A stretch of DNA of 64,000 nucleotides from an uncultured Hormoscilla sp. (GTDB lineage Bacteria > Cyanobacteriota > Cyanobacteriia > Cyanobacteriales > Desertifilaceae), in the NCBI GenBank assembly GCA_963921275.4, contig OZ001293.3, positions 2,880,001 to 2,944,000 of the forward strand. The letters are read 5' to 3'. The notes under the pieces were generated by a model, which was not told the DNA's origin, did not search any database, and was given only the letters and a program-made list of their open reading frames with translations. The position numbers and the translations under genes are program-made. How positions within the stretch are numbered: the first letter of the stretch is position 1; each line of letters opens with the position of its first letter. Positions 45,673 through 56,825 of the stretch are shown piece by piece.

Positions 45673-46905
45673 ATGCTCCCAAACATAATAGATTCTGCCA
45701 TGCCTCGCGGAGCTTATCTGCATATTCCTTTCTGCCGCCGTCGGTGCTATTACTGTGATTTCCCGGTATCGGTGGTGGGCGATCGCACTTGGGGAGAGGA
45801 CTCGGGTACGATAATTCAATATATTCGTCTGCTGTGTGAGGAAATAAAAGCAACGTCGGTGTCGGCACAGCCCCTGTCAACGGTTTTCTTGGGCGGGGGG
45901 ACGCCGTCTTTGTTGTCGGTAGGGCAGTTGGCAGAAATTTTGCACGTGCTCGATCGCCATTTGGGCATTGCTGCTGGTGTGGAAATTTCTATGGAAATGG
46001 ACCCTGGCACTTTCGATCGGGTACAGCTGCAAGGTTATCACTCGGCGGGGGTGAATCGCGTCAGTCTGGGGGTGCAGGCATTTCAAGCAGAACTGCTGCA
46101 CTCAAGCGGGCGATCGCACTCGGTGACTGACATTTTCGCCGCTGTGGACTGTCTCGGGCAAGTCGGGGTAGAGAACTTCAGTCTGGACTTAATATCCGGT
46201 TTGCCCCACCAGACGATCGCTCAATGGCAGGAATCTCTGTCCAAAGTTGTGGCCATCGGGCCTACTCACATCTCCACTTACGACTTGGTGGTGGAGCCAG
46301 TTACGGCCTTTGGCCGCCAGTATGAACCGGGAGTAGCACCCCTGCCCCCAGAGGAGACGACTGCCCAAATGTATCGCCTCGCCCAGCAAGTCCTCACGGA
46401 CGCTGGTTACCAGCATTATGAAATTTCTAACTACGCCAGGCCCGGTTATCAATGTCGCCACAATCGGGTTTACTGGGAAAATCGCCCTTACTATGGCTTT
46501 GGCATGGGGGCCGCAAGTTATGTTAACCGGGTCCGCTTTACTCGACCTCGCAGGCGATCGGAATATTATCAATGGATCGCAGCCGGATGTGTAATTGATG
46601 ATACTGCCGTATCAGACCAGGATCTGTTATTGGAAACTTTGATGCTGGGGTTGCGCTTGGCAGAGGGTTTGAGTCTGGAAAGCCTGCGTCAGAGATTTGG
46701 GGAAGCAACCTTAGCACGAATTGGCACTTGCTTGGAGCCCTATAATCAGCAAGGGTGGGTGGAAGTTTTCGGGCAAAATGGGGAATGTTGTCTGGAACTG
46801 CCGAACTTGCCAGCAACTGGACGTTTGCGGTTAAGCTCGCCAGAAGGGTTTTTGTTCTCTAATACTGTGCTAGCGGACTTGTTTAGTCAGCTGGAGGTAG
46901 GGTAG
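45673..46905 (+). CDS. hemW: Radical SAM heme chaperone (HemN-like)
   Basis: YLHIPFCRRRCYYCDF, GGGTPS, YEISNY, HNRVYW. Confidence 0.9.
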   Translation: MLPNIIDSAMPRGAYLHIPFCRRRCYYCDFPVSVVGDRTWGEDSGTIIQYIRLLCEEIKATSVSAQPLSTVFLGGGTPSLLSVGQLAEILHVLDRHLGIAAGVEISMEMDPGTFDRVQLQGYHSAGVNRVSLGVQAFQAELLHSSGRSHSVTDIFAAVDCLGQVGVENFSLDLISGLPHQTIAQWQESLSKVVAIGPTHISTYDLVVEPVTAFGRQYEPGVAPLPPEETTAQMYRLAQQVLTDAGYQHYEISNYARPGYQCRHNRVYWENRPYYGFGMGAASYVNRVRFTRPRRRSEYYQWIAAGCVIDDTAVSDQDLLLETLMLGLRLAEGLSLESLRQRFGEATLARIGTCLEPYNQQGWVEVFGQNGECCLELPNLPATGRLRLSSPEGFLFSNTVLADLFSQLEVG

Positions 46906-47065
46906 GCGTCTCGCCCGCCCCAGAGGGAGAGGGTCTGCGGCGTCTTCCGCTCCAGACACCGAGCTCTTGTCCTGAAGGACTCGGCATGCTCCAGACACCT
47001 TCAACGCCTGGAGCATGCTCTTGTCCTGAAAGACGCGGCATGCTCCAGGCGTTGCCCTATCAATG

Positions 47066-47905
47066 CTACATCAATTGGTCGGGGTCAAGGTCGAGCGAGC
47101 GCAGATATTCTGCTAGCCGTTCGGCCCGTTGCCGTTCCCGTTCCAGCTCCAGCTCCTGCTGTGCCTGCTCAGCCCGTTGTCGTGCCTGCTCAGCCCATTG
47201 TCGTGCCTGCTCGGCCCGTTGCCGTTCGCTCTCAGCCCGTTGCCGTGCCTGCTCAGCAAACTCATCACTGGTCAGATATCTTCTTCCCTCTTGGTCGTAC
47301 CAATACACCCATTCCCTGCTCCTGCCTCGATATTTTCCCAGTTCCGTTCCTATTCCCAAGCCTATTTCTGGCAACCAGATGGGATTTCCTGACAGCAGTA
47401 TGTATGGTCCCCTTCTAACTTATACACTTCCAAAGGTTGATGGTCTGCATGGCGACTCCTTCGCCCCCGTCTTCCACTAGCGCTGGGACGGCAAAATGGA
47501 TTGTATATCACATAGTACAATGGCCCTAGTTCGGCATAATCTTCCATTTTTTGTCATACTCGCCCCCGTAAGTTTTGGATGCCACTTCCATCACCAAAAT
47601 TGGCACTATTCCCCTTTCTTCCCACACCAAGTAGCTGAGGCGCAGTTTTGTTGATTTTATCCGCTGTACTCCTATACTGAGAAATCCATCTGGGACTGGG
47701 GCTGGCTTTTCGGGGTGATAGTATATTCCCATATCTACTCCCCAAATCTAGTCATCTCGTTGGGCCCAGATCGGGATGATATCACGTTAGCAGCGTTGGG
47801 GATTAGGTTTTGCAATTCGTTGTCCACGGGCGTATCGTCTGAGTCGGGTAATTCTTCTGCTGTTGGCAGGCGTAATGTGGGAACGTATGACAGAAACTTC
47901 TTGAT
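47066..47905 (-). pseudogene. Uma2 family gene, frameshifted duplicate of 48024..49232
   Basis: Split over four ORFs. Confidence 0.85.
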
Positions 47906-48023
47906 GTCTAGTAGGTGGCAGTATACGCTTACATTCTTGAGCTGTGAGTATATTATCAATAGAACCCAGCCGGATGGGAGGTTGATTATGAGCCTATCCC
48001 ACAGCAGGAGCTATCCATCCATT

Positions 48024-49232
48024 TTAGATCAATTGGTCGGGGTCGATGTTTTGCGATCGCAGATATTCTGCCAGCCGTTCGGCCCGTTGCCGAGCTTGCT
48101 GAGCCCGTTGCCGTTCTTGTTCTACCTCCTGCTGAGCCTGCTGAGCCCGTTGCCGTTCTTGTTCCACCTCCCGCCGAGCCTGCTGAGCCCGTTGCCGTTC
48201 TTGTTCCACCTCCTGCTGAGCCCGTTGCCGTTCTTGTTCCACCTCCTGCTGAGCCCGTTGCCGTTCTTGTTCCACCTCCTGCTGAGCCCGTTGCCGTTCT
48301 TGTTCCACCTCCTGCTGAGCCTGCTGAGCCCGTTGCCGTTCTTGTTCCACCTCCCGCCGAACCTGCCGAGCCCGTTGCCGTTCTTGTTCCACCTCCTGCT
48401 GAGCCTGCTGAGCCCGTTGCCGTTCTTGTTCCACCTCCTGCTGAGCCTGCTGAGCCCGTTGTCGTTCTTGTTCCACCTCCTGCTGAGCCCGTTGTCGTTC
48501 TTGTTCCACCTCCTGCTGAGCCCGTTGTCGTTCCTGCTGTGCCCGTTGCCGTTCGAGCTCAGCCCGTTGTCCTTCGGTCTCAGCAAACTCATCACTGGTC
48601 AGATATCTCCTGCCCTCTTGGTCGTACCAATACACCCATTCCCTGCTCCTGCCTCGATATCTTCCCAGTCCTGTTTTTATTCCCAAGCCTATTTCTGGCA
48701 ACCAGATGGGATTTCCTGACAGCAGTATGTATTGGTCCCCTTCTAACTTATATACCTCCAAAGGTTGATGGTCTGCATGGCGACTCCTTCGCCCCCGTCT
48801 TCCACTAGCGAGCGGACGGCAAAATGGATTGTATATTACATAGTACAATGCCCCTAGTTCGGCATAATCTTCCATTTTTTTGTCATACTCGCCCCCGTAG
48901 GTTTTGGAGACCACTTCCATGACCAAAATTGGCACTATTCCCTTTTCTTCCCACACCACGTAGCTGAGGCGCAGTGCTGTTGATTTTATCCGCTGTACCC
49001 CGATACTGAGAAATCCATCGGGGACTAGGGCCGGTTTTTCGGGGTGATAGTATATTCCCATATCTACTCCCCAAAACCAGTCATCCCGTTGGGCCCAGAT
49101 CCGGGATAAGATATCGTCAGCGGCGTTGGGGATTAGGTTTTGCAGTTCGTTGTCCACGGGCGTGTCGTCTGAGTCGGGTAATTCTTCTGCCGTTGGTAGG
49201 CGTAATGTTGGATCGTATGACAGAATTTTCAT
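48024..49232 (-). CDS. Uma2 family endonuclease with long repetitive coiled-coil tail
   Basis: LPDSDDTPVDNELQ, PDGFLS; about 11 33/42-nt QERQRAQQ(AQQ)EVE units. Confidence 0.9.
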   Translation of the reverse strand: MKILSYDPTLRLPTAEELPDSDDTPVDNELQNLIPNAADDILSRIWAQRDDWFWGVDMGIYYHPEKPALVPDGFLSIGVQRIKSTALRLSYVVWEEKGIVPILVMEVVSKTYGGEYDKKMEDYAELGALYYVIYNPFCRPLASGRRGRRSRHADHQPLEVYKLEGDQYILLSGNPIWLPEIGLGIKTGLGRYRGRSREWVYWYDQEGRRYLTSDEFAETEGQRAELERQRAQQERQRAQQEVEQERQRAQQEVEQERQRAQQAQQEVEQERQRAQQAQQEVEQERQRARQVRREVEQERQRAQQAQQEVEQERQRAQQEVEQERQRAQQEVEQERQRAQQEVEQERQRAQQARREVEQERQRAQQAQQEVEQERQRAQQARQRAERLAEYLRSQNIDPDQLI

Positions 49233-49606
49233 GATGTCTAGGAAGTTGGGTGGCAATATCCTTACTATATCAGCAATCTTGCTTCGATGTGCGATGCGCA
49301 GTGCGAATAGCGCGCGCAGAGTACATCGAAGTGGGGCGCTCTCAAGCATGCAAATGTACGGGGTAGCCGTTACCTCCACCGGTGCAGCAGCTTGAGCCCG
49401 CCCAGGCGGGCTTAGTCAATGTAGCGATACCCTTGAGGGTATCGCGGCGCTAATTGTTCGTGTTAACTATTGAACAGTTTGCATCCATAACCTCTGGTGC
49501 ATCTGTTAATGTTGGTGGCAGTGGGGGCTGAGTGTAATCAATATGTACGTCCAGCCCTAAATATCCTTCCTCTGTATGGGTCTATATTAATGGTAAATTA
49601 GATTGA

Positions 49607-49715
49607 TGGCAAGCTGGTTGACTCCGAGGCGATCGCGCATAATTTCTCTGTTCCTAATTATAATCTGGTTGCCGCTGTCGTGCTATGGAGGACTGCATCT
49701 GCCGTCCCCCCAGAA
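49607..49715 (+). pseudogene. 5' fragment duplicated from the 52044 gene
   Basis: MASWLTPRRSR..LFLII vs MASWFTPRRSR. Confidence 0.8.
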
Positions 49716-49772
49716 CAAATCAAGAACATTCAGATTTGGGAGAAATGCGATCGCGCCTTTGTCTAGTTCCTA

Positions 49773-51623
49773 TTACTCAAATGCTGGATAGATATCGTTT
49801 TCAAAGATATCCTTAATCCAACCAGGCAAGAAGGAATACTTGGGATCGTAAACGTTAAGATCCGATCGCAGGTCTACTTTGTAAGTAGATGTTCGGGGAG
49901 CTATTTCCGGTATCCAAGCCGCGTGCAGGGGAAAAGCAAACTTGACCTCGGGATGCCGCAGTTTGGCAACGGGACCGGCAGCCAGATTTCCCGCCTGCCA
50001 AATCCAGAATTCCGAATATTCTGGGGTGGAGACCATAGCCACCAGATAACCTTCTAACTCATTATTCTGACCGAGCTTGGGAAAGTAAACCGTAGTGGTA
50101 ACGCAGGTTCCCCGAGGGGCAGCCCAGAAATCCTTTACTTCCATATCCCCAGGGGACCATCGCATCACCCCCGCTTCTTTCCATCGGGGTAGATCCTCTA
50201 TGGGAACTTCTCGGAACTCGTGGTGTTCGTACAGTTTCACCAAACGCCTGGGAGTAATTTCGCTGATGTAGCCAGTGAAATTCACCCAAAAATTTGCAAA
50301 CTCTGGGGGACTGGTTTCTTGAATGCCATTATAAGTAGGAAGGGCAATCCCCCAGAAGCGATCGGACAACTGGTATTTGCTGCTCTTTATTTCCCCCGTC
50401 TGGGCGTTGACCACGTATTTGCCGAATCCTTGCTGGTCGTAAACTCCCGGAGGCGAGCCATGGAAAGGCGCGCTTACCCAGTCATCAAATGTCGGCCAGC
50501 TCGCGTCCCATCGCCGGTTCCATTCACTCACATCGTGTCCGGAAGCATGCAATAAATGCAAGGTGACATCATCGTTGTCATCGTCATAGTTGGCAAAGAA
50601 GTGAACGCACTCCCGGGGGATCTCGACGTATTTGGCCCAAGCAGTAGCTATCTCTTCTTTTCCATCATTGAGCTGCGCTCTGGGCACAAACCAGACTTGG
50701 TTGTATGGGGACTGGGGCTTCGCTGGAGCACCGGGAATCATTATCCGATAATATTCCATGGTAAATGCCGTGTCAATGATGATGATATAATTGCGCGTGA
50801 CGGCAATTTGATGGGTTGACTGTTTAATTACCACTGGCTCTTTGGTGCGATCGTCGATAATCCGAGTAGTCTTAAATTTCCCGGTGCCATCCCAAACCTG
50901 TATGTAGGCATCGGGTTGAATGCTGCCTAGGGCAATGGGAATTTCAAAAATCGTATTGATGATGAAAATTTACCCGGTGCGATCGTCGTAAGCAGGATGA
51001 GCGGCGCTCATGTGCATGGGAAAGATCCAGGGAAACTTGATGTGCGGGATATTCGGGATGCCGTCAATCTCCATTTTCATCCACTCGGAGCGCTGGCCCA
51101 CCGGCGTGACGGGAGCGAAGGTGGTCGGATCGAAATCAAACGGACGGCCCGAGTCAATGGTAGCCATCATCCGCCAAGAACCATTGTCTGGGTCTTGAAA
51201 GGCTTGAAGGCCAGTATGACATTGGTTCTGCACTCCTAGGAACAGGTTAAGACGCGCCAAACCCATCTTGTTGCTAAACCGATAAGCCCTTCTCCAGAAC
51301 TTCCAGAAGGACTGCTCTTGAATTTTCAGATCGCAGATGATGGACGGTGTATGAAAAGGTCCGCTTTTTAGATGCACCCGATTTTTCGGGCCGTCCGCGG
51401 ACCGATCGCCTTTAAAGTCTAAGCGATACAACTGCCTGTAGCCATTAAACCAAGGGGTATCTCCCGCTTGGGGTGTAGGCACCATCCAAAATGCGTGTCC
51501 CGCCATGTCCGTAGGTATGGACCCCTCAATTGTATTGAGGTCCAGGTCGAGAAGTGCCGTGTTTTGGTAGCGGATGTGGGTGGGAAAATCGGGAGGACTC
51601 ATAAATTTAGCCTGCCAAAGCAA
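49773..51623 (-). pseudogene. Carotenoid oxygenase (RPE65) family gene with one in-frame TAA (50970-50972)
   Basis: Both ORFs in the same frame; four His (AHP, THQ, VHF, LHA); 24-nt insert 51381-51404. Confidence 0.75.
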
Positions 51624-51776
51624 TGACTACCAAACTATAGCACAGTCCTGAAATTATCACCCGGCAATGGTTCCCGCATAACTGAGTCAGGAGGCGATCT
51701 CATATAGTCAGCCAGCGCCCTCGTTGTGCGATCTTTAACAGACTCGCCAAAGTGCCGCTTGCTGGAAAAAAAGATA

Positions 51777-51971
51777 GGCTCTTCGTGAAATAGTATGCTC
51801 AATTATCATCAAAAAAGACATCAAAGCTTTGCCTCGTATAGGTTTGATGCGATTGCTGCTCTCGAACGACTAATCTGCACTGATCTGCAAGGCTCAAGCG
51901 CTGGAAGTCTTATTGGGAAAGGATTTCATGCAAATTAGCTATCATTTTAGCATACTAAATTGGGAAGAGCC
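51777..51971. mobile_element. 195-bp MITE (IS1/IS1595-like ends)
   Basis: Imperfect 23-bp TIR GGCTCTTC....A.TAGTATGCT; 8-bp target duplication AAAAGATA. Confidence 0.85.
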
Positions 51972-52043
51972 AAAAGATATGGTTGGAAGTTGTTACGAAT
52001 CTAACAAACCAGAGATAAAATACTTAATGGGTGATTTGAGATT

Positions 52044-52973
52044 ATGGCAAGCTGGTTCACTCCGAGGCGATCGCGCCTAATTTCTCTATTCCTGATTATC
52101 ATAGGGTTACCGCTGCTGTGCTATGGGGGACTGCTGCTGCTGCGCCCTCCCAGAACCAACCTTGAACGGGTGCTGTTTAGGGGCATTACCTACAAGCGGT
52201 TAGCACGCGGAAGGCGCCGTTCCGTGCCGCGCCGCGTGATGATTCATATCGTCACTATTGACTTAACTGCCCCCGGGATTAAGGTCTTTGTGACCCCAGG
52301 CACTCCAGGACCCGATCTTGCGGAAATCTCGGCCCGAACTACAGCAGAATTTGTCCGAGAGTTTCAGGTGCAATTAGCTGTCAATGCCAGTTTTTTTTAC
52401 CCATTCTCTGCTAAGACACTCTGGGATTATTATCCCCGATCGGGCGATCGGGTGGAGGTGCTGGGAAAAGCTATTTCCAATAGAGTAGAATATTCCCAGG
52501 GGGATCCCGGATGGTTTGCCTTATGTTTCTCAGCAGAGGGGAGGGCGCAAATTACCGGCCACCATCAATGTCCTGACGGTACAATGCAAGCAGTAGCGGG
52601 GGAAACTATTTTAGTTTGGAATAGCAAGCAAAAAGCGACGTTAAGCAAAGGTGGGATATATGATGAACTGTATCCGCGCACGGCAGTAGGAATTGACCGG
52701 AAGGGTGAGAAAATCTGGATAGTTGTCATTGACGGTCGTCAAGCTTATTATAGTTCGGGTGTTTCCTTACCCGAACTGGCTGATATCTTGATAGAATTAG
52801 GTGTGGAAACAGCCCTGAACTTGGATGGTGGCGGTTCCACAACCTTAGTAGTAGGAGACCCCAAACCCAGAGTATTAAACGCACCCATTCATACTCGCAT
52901 TCCCATGCGCCAGCGCCCCGTTGCCAATCACTTGGGTTTCTATGCGATCAGGAATGATCAACTAATACAATAA
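52044..52973 (+). CDS. Phosphodiester glycosidase family protein
   Basis: AVNASFF, PRTAVG, IDGRQ, ALNLDGGGS. Confidence 0.9.
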   Translation: MASWFTPRRSRLISLFLIIIGLPLLCYGGLLLLRPPRTNLERVLFRGITYKRLARGRRRSVPRRVMIHIVTIDLTAPGIKVFVTPGTPGPDLAEISARTTAEFVREFQVQLAVNASFFYPFSAKTLWDYYPRSGDRVEVLGKAISNRVEYSQGDPGWFALCFSAEGRAQITGHHQCPDGTMQAVAGETILVWNSKQKATLSKGGIYDELYPRTAVGIDRKGEKIWIVVIDGRQAYYSSGVSLPELADILIELGVETALNLDGGGSTTLVVGDPKPRVLNAPIHTRIPMRQRPVANHLGFYAIRNDQLIQ

Positions 52974-53022
52974 TTTTGTTTATGCTAATATCCGATTAGT
53001 TGTCGTTCGCTGGCAGAGGTAA

Positions 53023-53277
<255 letters not shown>

Positions 53278-53285
53278 TCGAGACT

Positions 53286-53420
53286 ATGTTAGTAACATTA
53301 GACGAAAATCTTAGTATTGCCCATGCAAAGTTTCTCCGGGATGAGGGTTACGATCGCGATCGGGTTACTGATGAAGAATTGTCCGGTGAAGAAGACGGGG
53401 TTGCATGGCAGCGAAGAACG
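53286..53420 (+). pseudogene. DUF5615 PIN-like toxin, truncated
   Basis: LDENLS..FLR.EGYD. Confidence 0.6.
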
Positions 53421-53598
53421 CTTTTTTCTATTTTTTCGGAAAGTAGTGCGAGTTCTTCGTAGGGTGAGCACCCCTCACCAGAATGTAGTATTTTTTTACC
53501 AACTAATGCAAGACCACACTCGTCGTCATCTGACTGGCGGACCCCAGGGGATCCCGGGGAAACTCCGCATCATTACATAGATCAGCAGGCCCAGATGG

Positions 53599-53734
53599 TA
53601 TATGCTGAGAGGCAAATCATATATGCTGAGAGGCAAATCATATATGCTGAGAGGCAAATCATATATGCTAAGAGGCAAATCATATATGCTGAGAGGCAAA
53701 TCATATATGCTGAGAGGCAAATCATATATGCTGA
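53599..53734 (+). repeat. 21-bp tandem repeat x about 6 (ATATGCTGAGAGGCAAATCAT)
   Basis: Direct reading. Confidence 0.95.
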
Positions 53735-54058
53735 TTTCTGGAAATACTCGTGCAGTTCTTGCACCTTGAGTAGATCGAGTATGTGGTGCGCTACTGAGGT
53801 TTGTCACTACAAACCTCAGAAAAATCGGTCACCCAATCTTGCTGTAGCAACAGGTCTGCTAAATAGAGATAGGTATGTGCTAACAGTTCTAGTGTAAGAT
53901 TGCTGCTGTTGCAGGGATAGCACCTCCTGATGGCAAAACGTTGGTAGGGTGGGCAATGCCCACCTTGTCAATTGTGGGTTGTTGGTTGTCAGTTGCTATC
54001 GCTGATAAAGACTAAAGTCCTTACTACGAACCTCTGATCTATAGGCCCAGTCCCATTC

Positions 54059-54277
54059 TTAAGCCTGAGTAACCAGACTACCCAGCCAGCATCGGCTAGC
54101 CGGTTCTAGCAGACCGTCATCAGCTAACACCTCAGCTATTAACTGTTCTAAGGAACGTCCTTGAGAACGGGATACCTTGATCACCCCCGCGATCGCCGTT
54201 GCGACCAGTTCTTCATCCACCTGCTTTTTTTTGAGGGCGACAATTTCTTGAGCATTGGTGGGAATTTCATAATTCAT
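54059..54277 (-). CDS. Conserved cyanobacterial hypothetical protein
   Basis: VDEELVATAIAGV..RSQG.SL..L.AEVLADD. Confidence 0.7.
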   Translation of the reverse strand: MNYEIPTNAQEIVALKKKQVDEELVATAIAGVIKVSRSQGRSLEQLIAEVLADDGLLEPASRCWLGSLVTQA

Positions 54278-54509
54278 GGCTATTAATCGATTTTTTTAAA
54301 ACATCTGCCAGAAATAGTTTGGCAATCTCAAATCTAAAATTTCAAATCGTCAATTCTTATCAAAAAATTTTTCACTCCCTAGCACTACGCGCACTTCGTC
54401 TCACAAAATGATATGTTTGTAAAGTTTCTTAACATGATTTTCATCTGGGATTCTGTATGATAGCGTAAGTTGTACCTTTGTCAACTCGGTTTCAAACAAT
54501 TTTCAGCCA

Positions 54510-56507
54510 ATGAACGAATTACTTTATCTGGAAGTTCCCACGCCCGATCGGGCGGCGGTAACGGCCTGGTTACAGCAGAAATACGATCCAGGCATGGGGG
54601 CCAAGCAGGTGGCTGCCGATGGCATCAGGCTGGAATTTGGTCAAAATGGTTCCCAACCCACAGCAGAACTCTCGATATTTGTCTGGTCGGTGCAGCGAAC
54701 GACATACTTAAAGGTATTTCGTTGGTCAGACAGACCTTTCAAGCAGGAAAAACAGTTAATTGCCAAACTCCGTGCCGATCTCAGAGATAAGTTTCCCTAT
54801 CAATATCCCGAACCGCCAGCGATTAACCTTCAAGAGCAAACTATCTTTGAGGCCCTGATTGGCCAGTACCCCATGACAGTCAAGTACTTTCAGAAAATGC
54901 CCAGGGGCGATTATCATCTCCAGCGGGTATATTGGTGGGAGCAACGTTGGCGTCAAAGCGTCTGCAACCCCCATAAACCTCAACAAGTAGTTTTTCCCCA
55001 GCAGCAAACAGCACCCAAAACAGAGTACGACCTGATATATATTGGGGGTGCATTAGGGGCGATCCATGCAGCAAGAATGGCCCGGTTGGGTTATCGGGTG
55101 CTGCTGATCGAACGCTTACCCTTCGGACGGATGAACCGAGAGTGGAATATTTCCCGGGATGAGTTTCAAAGAATAATTGACCTGGGTTTGTTTACTCCAC
55201 AGGAGTTTGAGGAGATCATTGCCCGGGAGTATATTGATGGATTTAATAAATTCTTTGATGGTAACAACCCCAGCCACTTAAGAGCAAAAGTTTTACATAC
55301 CCCAAGGGTGCTGAATGTGGCCTTAGACTCGGAGAAATTTTTGGACCTCTGCGGACAAAAGCTGCGGGACGCGGGGGGAGTTATCTGGGATGAAACTGAG
55401 TTTATCCGGGCAGATGTATCTAAAGATAATGTCCTAGTTCGCCTGCAACATCTACCCACAGGGGAACAACGTCAAGCAACAGGACGCCTGCTAGTGGATG
55501 CCATGGGTACCGCTTCCCCGATCGCCTGGCAGCTGAACGGCGGGCGTACCTTCGATAGTGTTTGTCCTACCGTCGGAGGGGCGATCGCCAGTGGTTTTGA
55601 ATCGGGAGTCTGGGATTCTGATTACGGGGACGTACTCAATTCTCATGGAGACATTTCCCGGGGACGACAGTTAATTTGGGAATTATTTCCCGGCGCCGGA
55701 GAGGAACTGACGATTTATTTGTTCCATTACCATCAGGTCCATCCTGATAATCCCGGATCTCTATTAGAAATGTATGAAGATTTCTTTACAATTCTCCCCG
55801 AATATCGTCGCTGCGATATGGACAAGCTAGTCTGGAGAAAGCCCACCTTCGGCTATATTCCCGGTCACTTTTCCGTCGGCAGTCACGATCGCGCGATCGC
55901 CTGCGATCGGATCCTCGCCATTGGCGACGCCGCCTCACTCCAGTCACCCCTAGTCTTCACCGGTTTTGGCTCCCTCGTCAGGAATCTGCCCCGTCTGACT
56001 GTACTTTTAGATACAGCCCTTAAGCATGACCTCTTGTCAGCCCAACATTTAAATCAAATCCGGGCTTACCAAAGCAACGTCGCCGTCACCTGGCTATATT
56101 CCAAAGGCATGATGGTGCCTACAGGTCGCCACTTGCCCCCGGAACGGATCAATTCCATGCTGAATACCTTCTTTGGCCTGCTAGCAGAGGAACCGCCAGA
56201 AGTAGCAGACACCTTCATTAAAGACCGTACAGACTGGCTGACCTTTAATCGACTGGCCCTGAAAGCAGCTTTCACGAACCCGGCCCTGTTACTGTGGATT
56301 TGGGAAATGGCTGGTGCCAAGGATATGCTGCGTTGGTTAGGCAGCTACTTCAGCTTCACCCTCAGCGCCTCAGTCAACTTGTTGCTGGGGGGCTGGTTTC
56401 CTAGCTTCACCCGCTGGTGTCAGCCTTGGTTAGAACGGAAGTATCCCGCCCTGTGGCTGCGAATGCTGACTGTCAGCTACGGACTTACTACTGTAATGAA
56501 ACAGTAG
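54510..56507 (+). CDS. cruA: CruA-type lycopene cyclase
   Basis: 665 aa; LYLEVPTPD N-terminus, YIGGALG, MNREWNIS, GDAASLQSPLVFTGFG. Confidence 0.8.
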   Translation: MNELLYLEVPTPDRAAVTAWLQQKYDPGMGAKQVAADGIRLEFGQNGSQPTAELSIFVWSVQRTTYLKVFRWSDRPFKQEKQLIAKLRADLRDKFPYQYPEPPAINLQEQTIFEALIGQYPMTVKYFQKMPRGDYHLQRVYWWEQRWRQSVCNPHKPQQVVFPQQQTAPKTEYDLIYIGGALGAIHAARMARLGYRVLLIERLPFGRMNREWNISRDEFQRIIDLGLFTPQEFEEIIAREYIDGFNKFFDGNNPSHLRAKVLHTPRVLNVALDSEKFLDLCGQKLRDAGGVIWDETEFIRADVSKDNVLVRLQHLPTGEQRQATGRLLVDAMGTASPIAWQLNGGRTFDSVCPTVGGAIASGFESGVWDSDYGDVLNSHGDISRGRQLIWELFPGAGEELTIYLFHYHQVHPDNPGSLLEMYEDFFTILPEYRRCDMDKLVWRKPTFGYIPGHFSVGSHDRAIACDRILAIGDAASLQSPLVFTGFGSLVRNLPRLTVLLDTALKHDLLSAQHLNQIRAYQSNVAVTWLYSKGMMVPTGRHLPPERINSMLNTFFGLLAEEPPEVADTFIKDRTDWLTFNRLALKAAFTNPALLLWIWEMAGAKDMLRWLGSYFSFTLSASVNLLLGGWFPSFTRWCQPWLERKYPALWLRMLTVSYGLTTVMKQ

Positions 56508-56825
56508 GGTGGGCACCGCCTACCATCGGCCATGGGACTGTGGAAAATGCACGGCTGCGCCCCACAATCACTCACGGGAGCGGCAGCCATGCGGCGTCTT
56601 CCGCGTACTCTTGTCCTGACCGCGCTAGCGTGGCGCCAGCCATAGGACATCGTTTGCGTCCGCGCAGCGTGCGCGCAGCGCATAGACGCTTCGCGGACGG
56701 TACGCGAGAGACACCGTAGCGCCATCAGGAGTCGCGGTAACAAGAATTATCCCTCGTTCCCTCGTTCCTAGGGTCTCCCTGGGAACGAGCAGTCCTCGCA
56801 AGCACTCTTGGTGCTTACTACGAGC

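Noticed and set aside
47715..48719. 334-aa Leu/Pro-rich ORF
   Set aside because: Antisense shadow of the Uma2 coiled-coil repeats.
53526..53897. Repeat-encoded ORFs on both strands, or a CRISPR array
   Set aside because: Open frames are a by-product of a stop-free 21-bp unit; no spacers.
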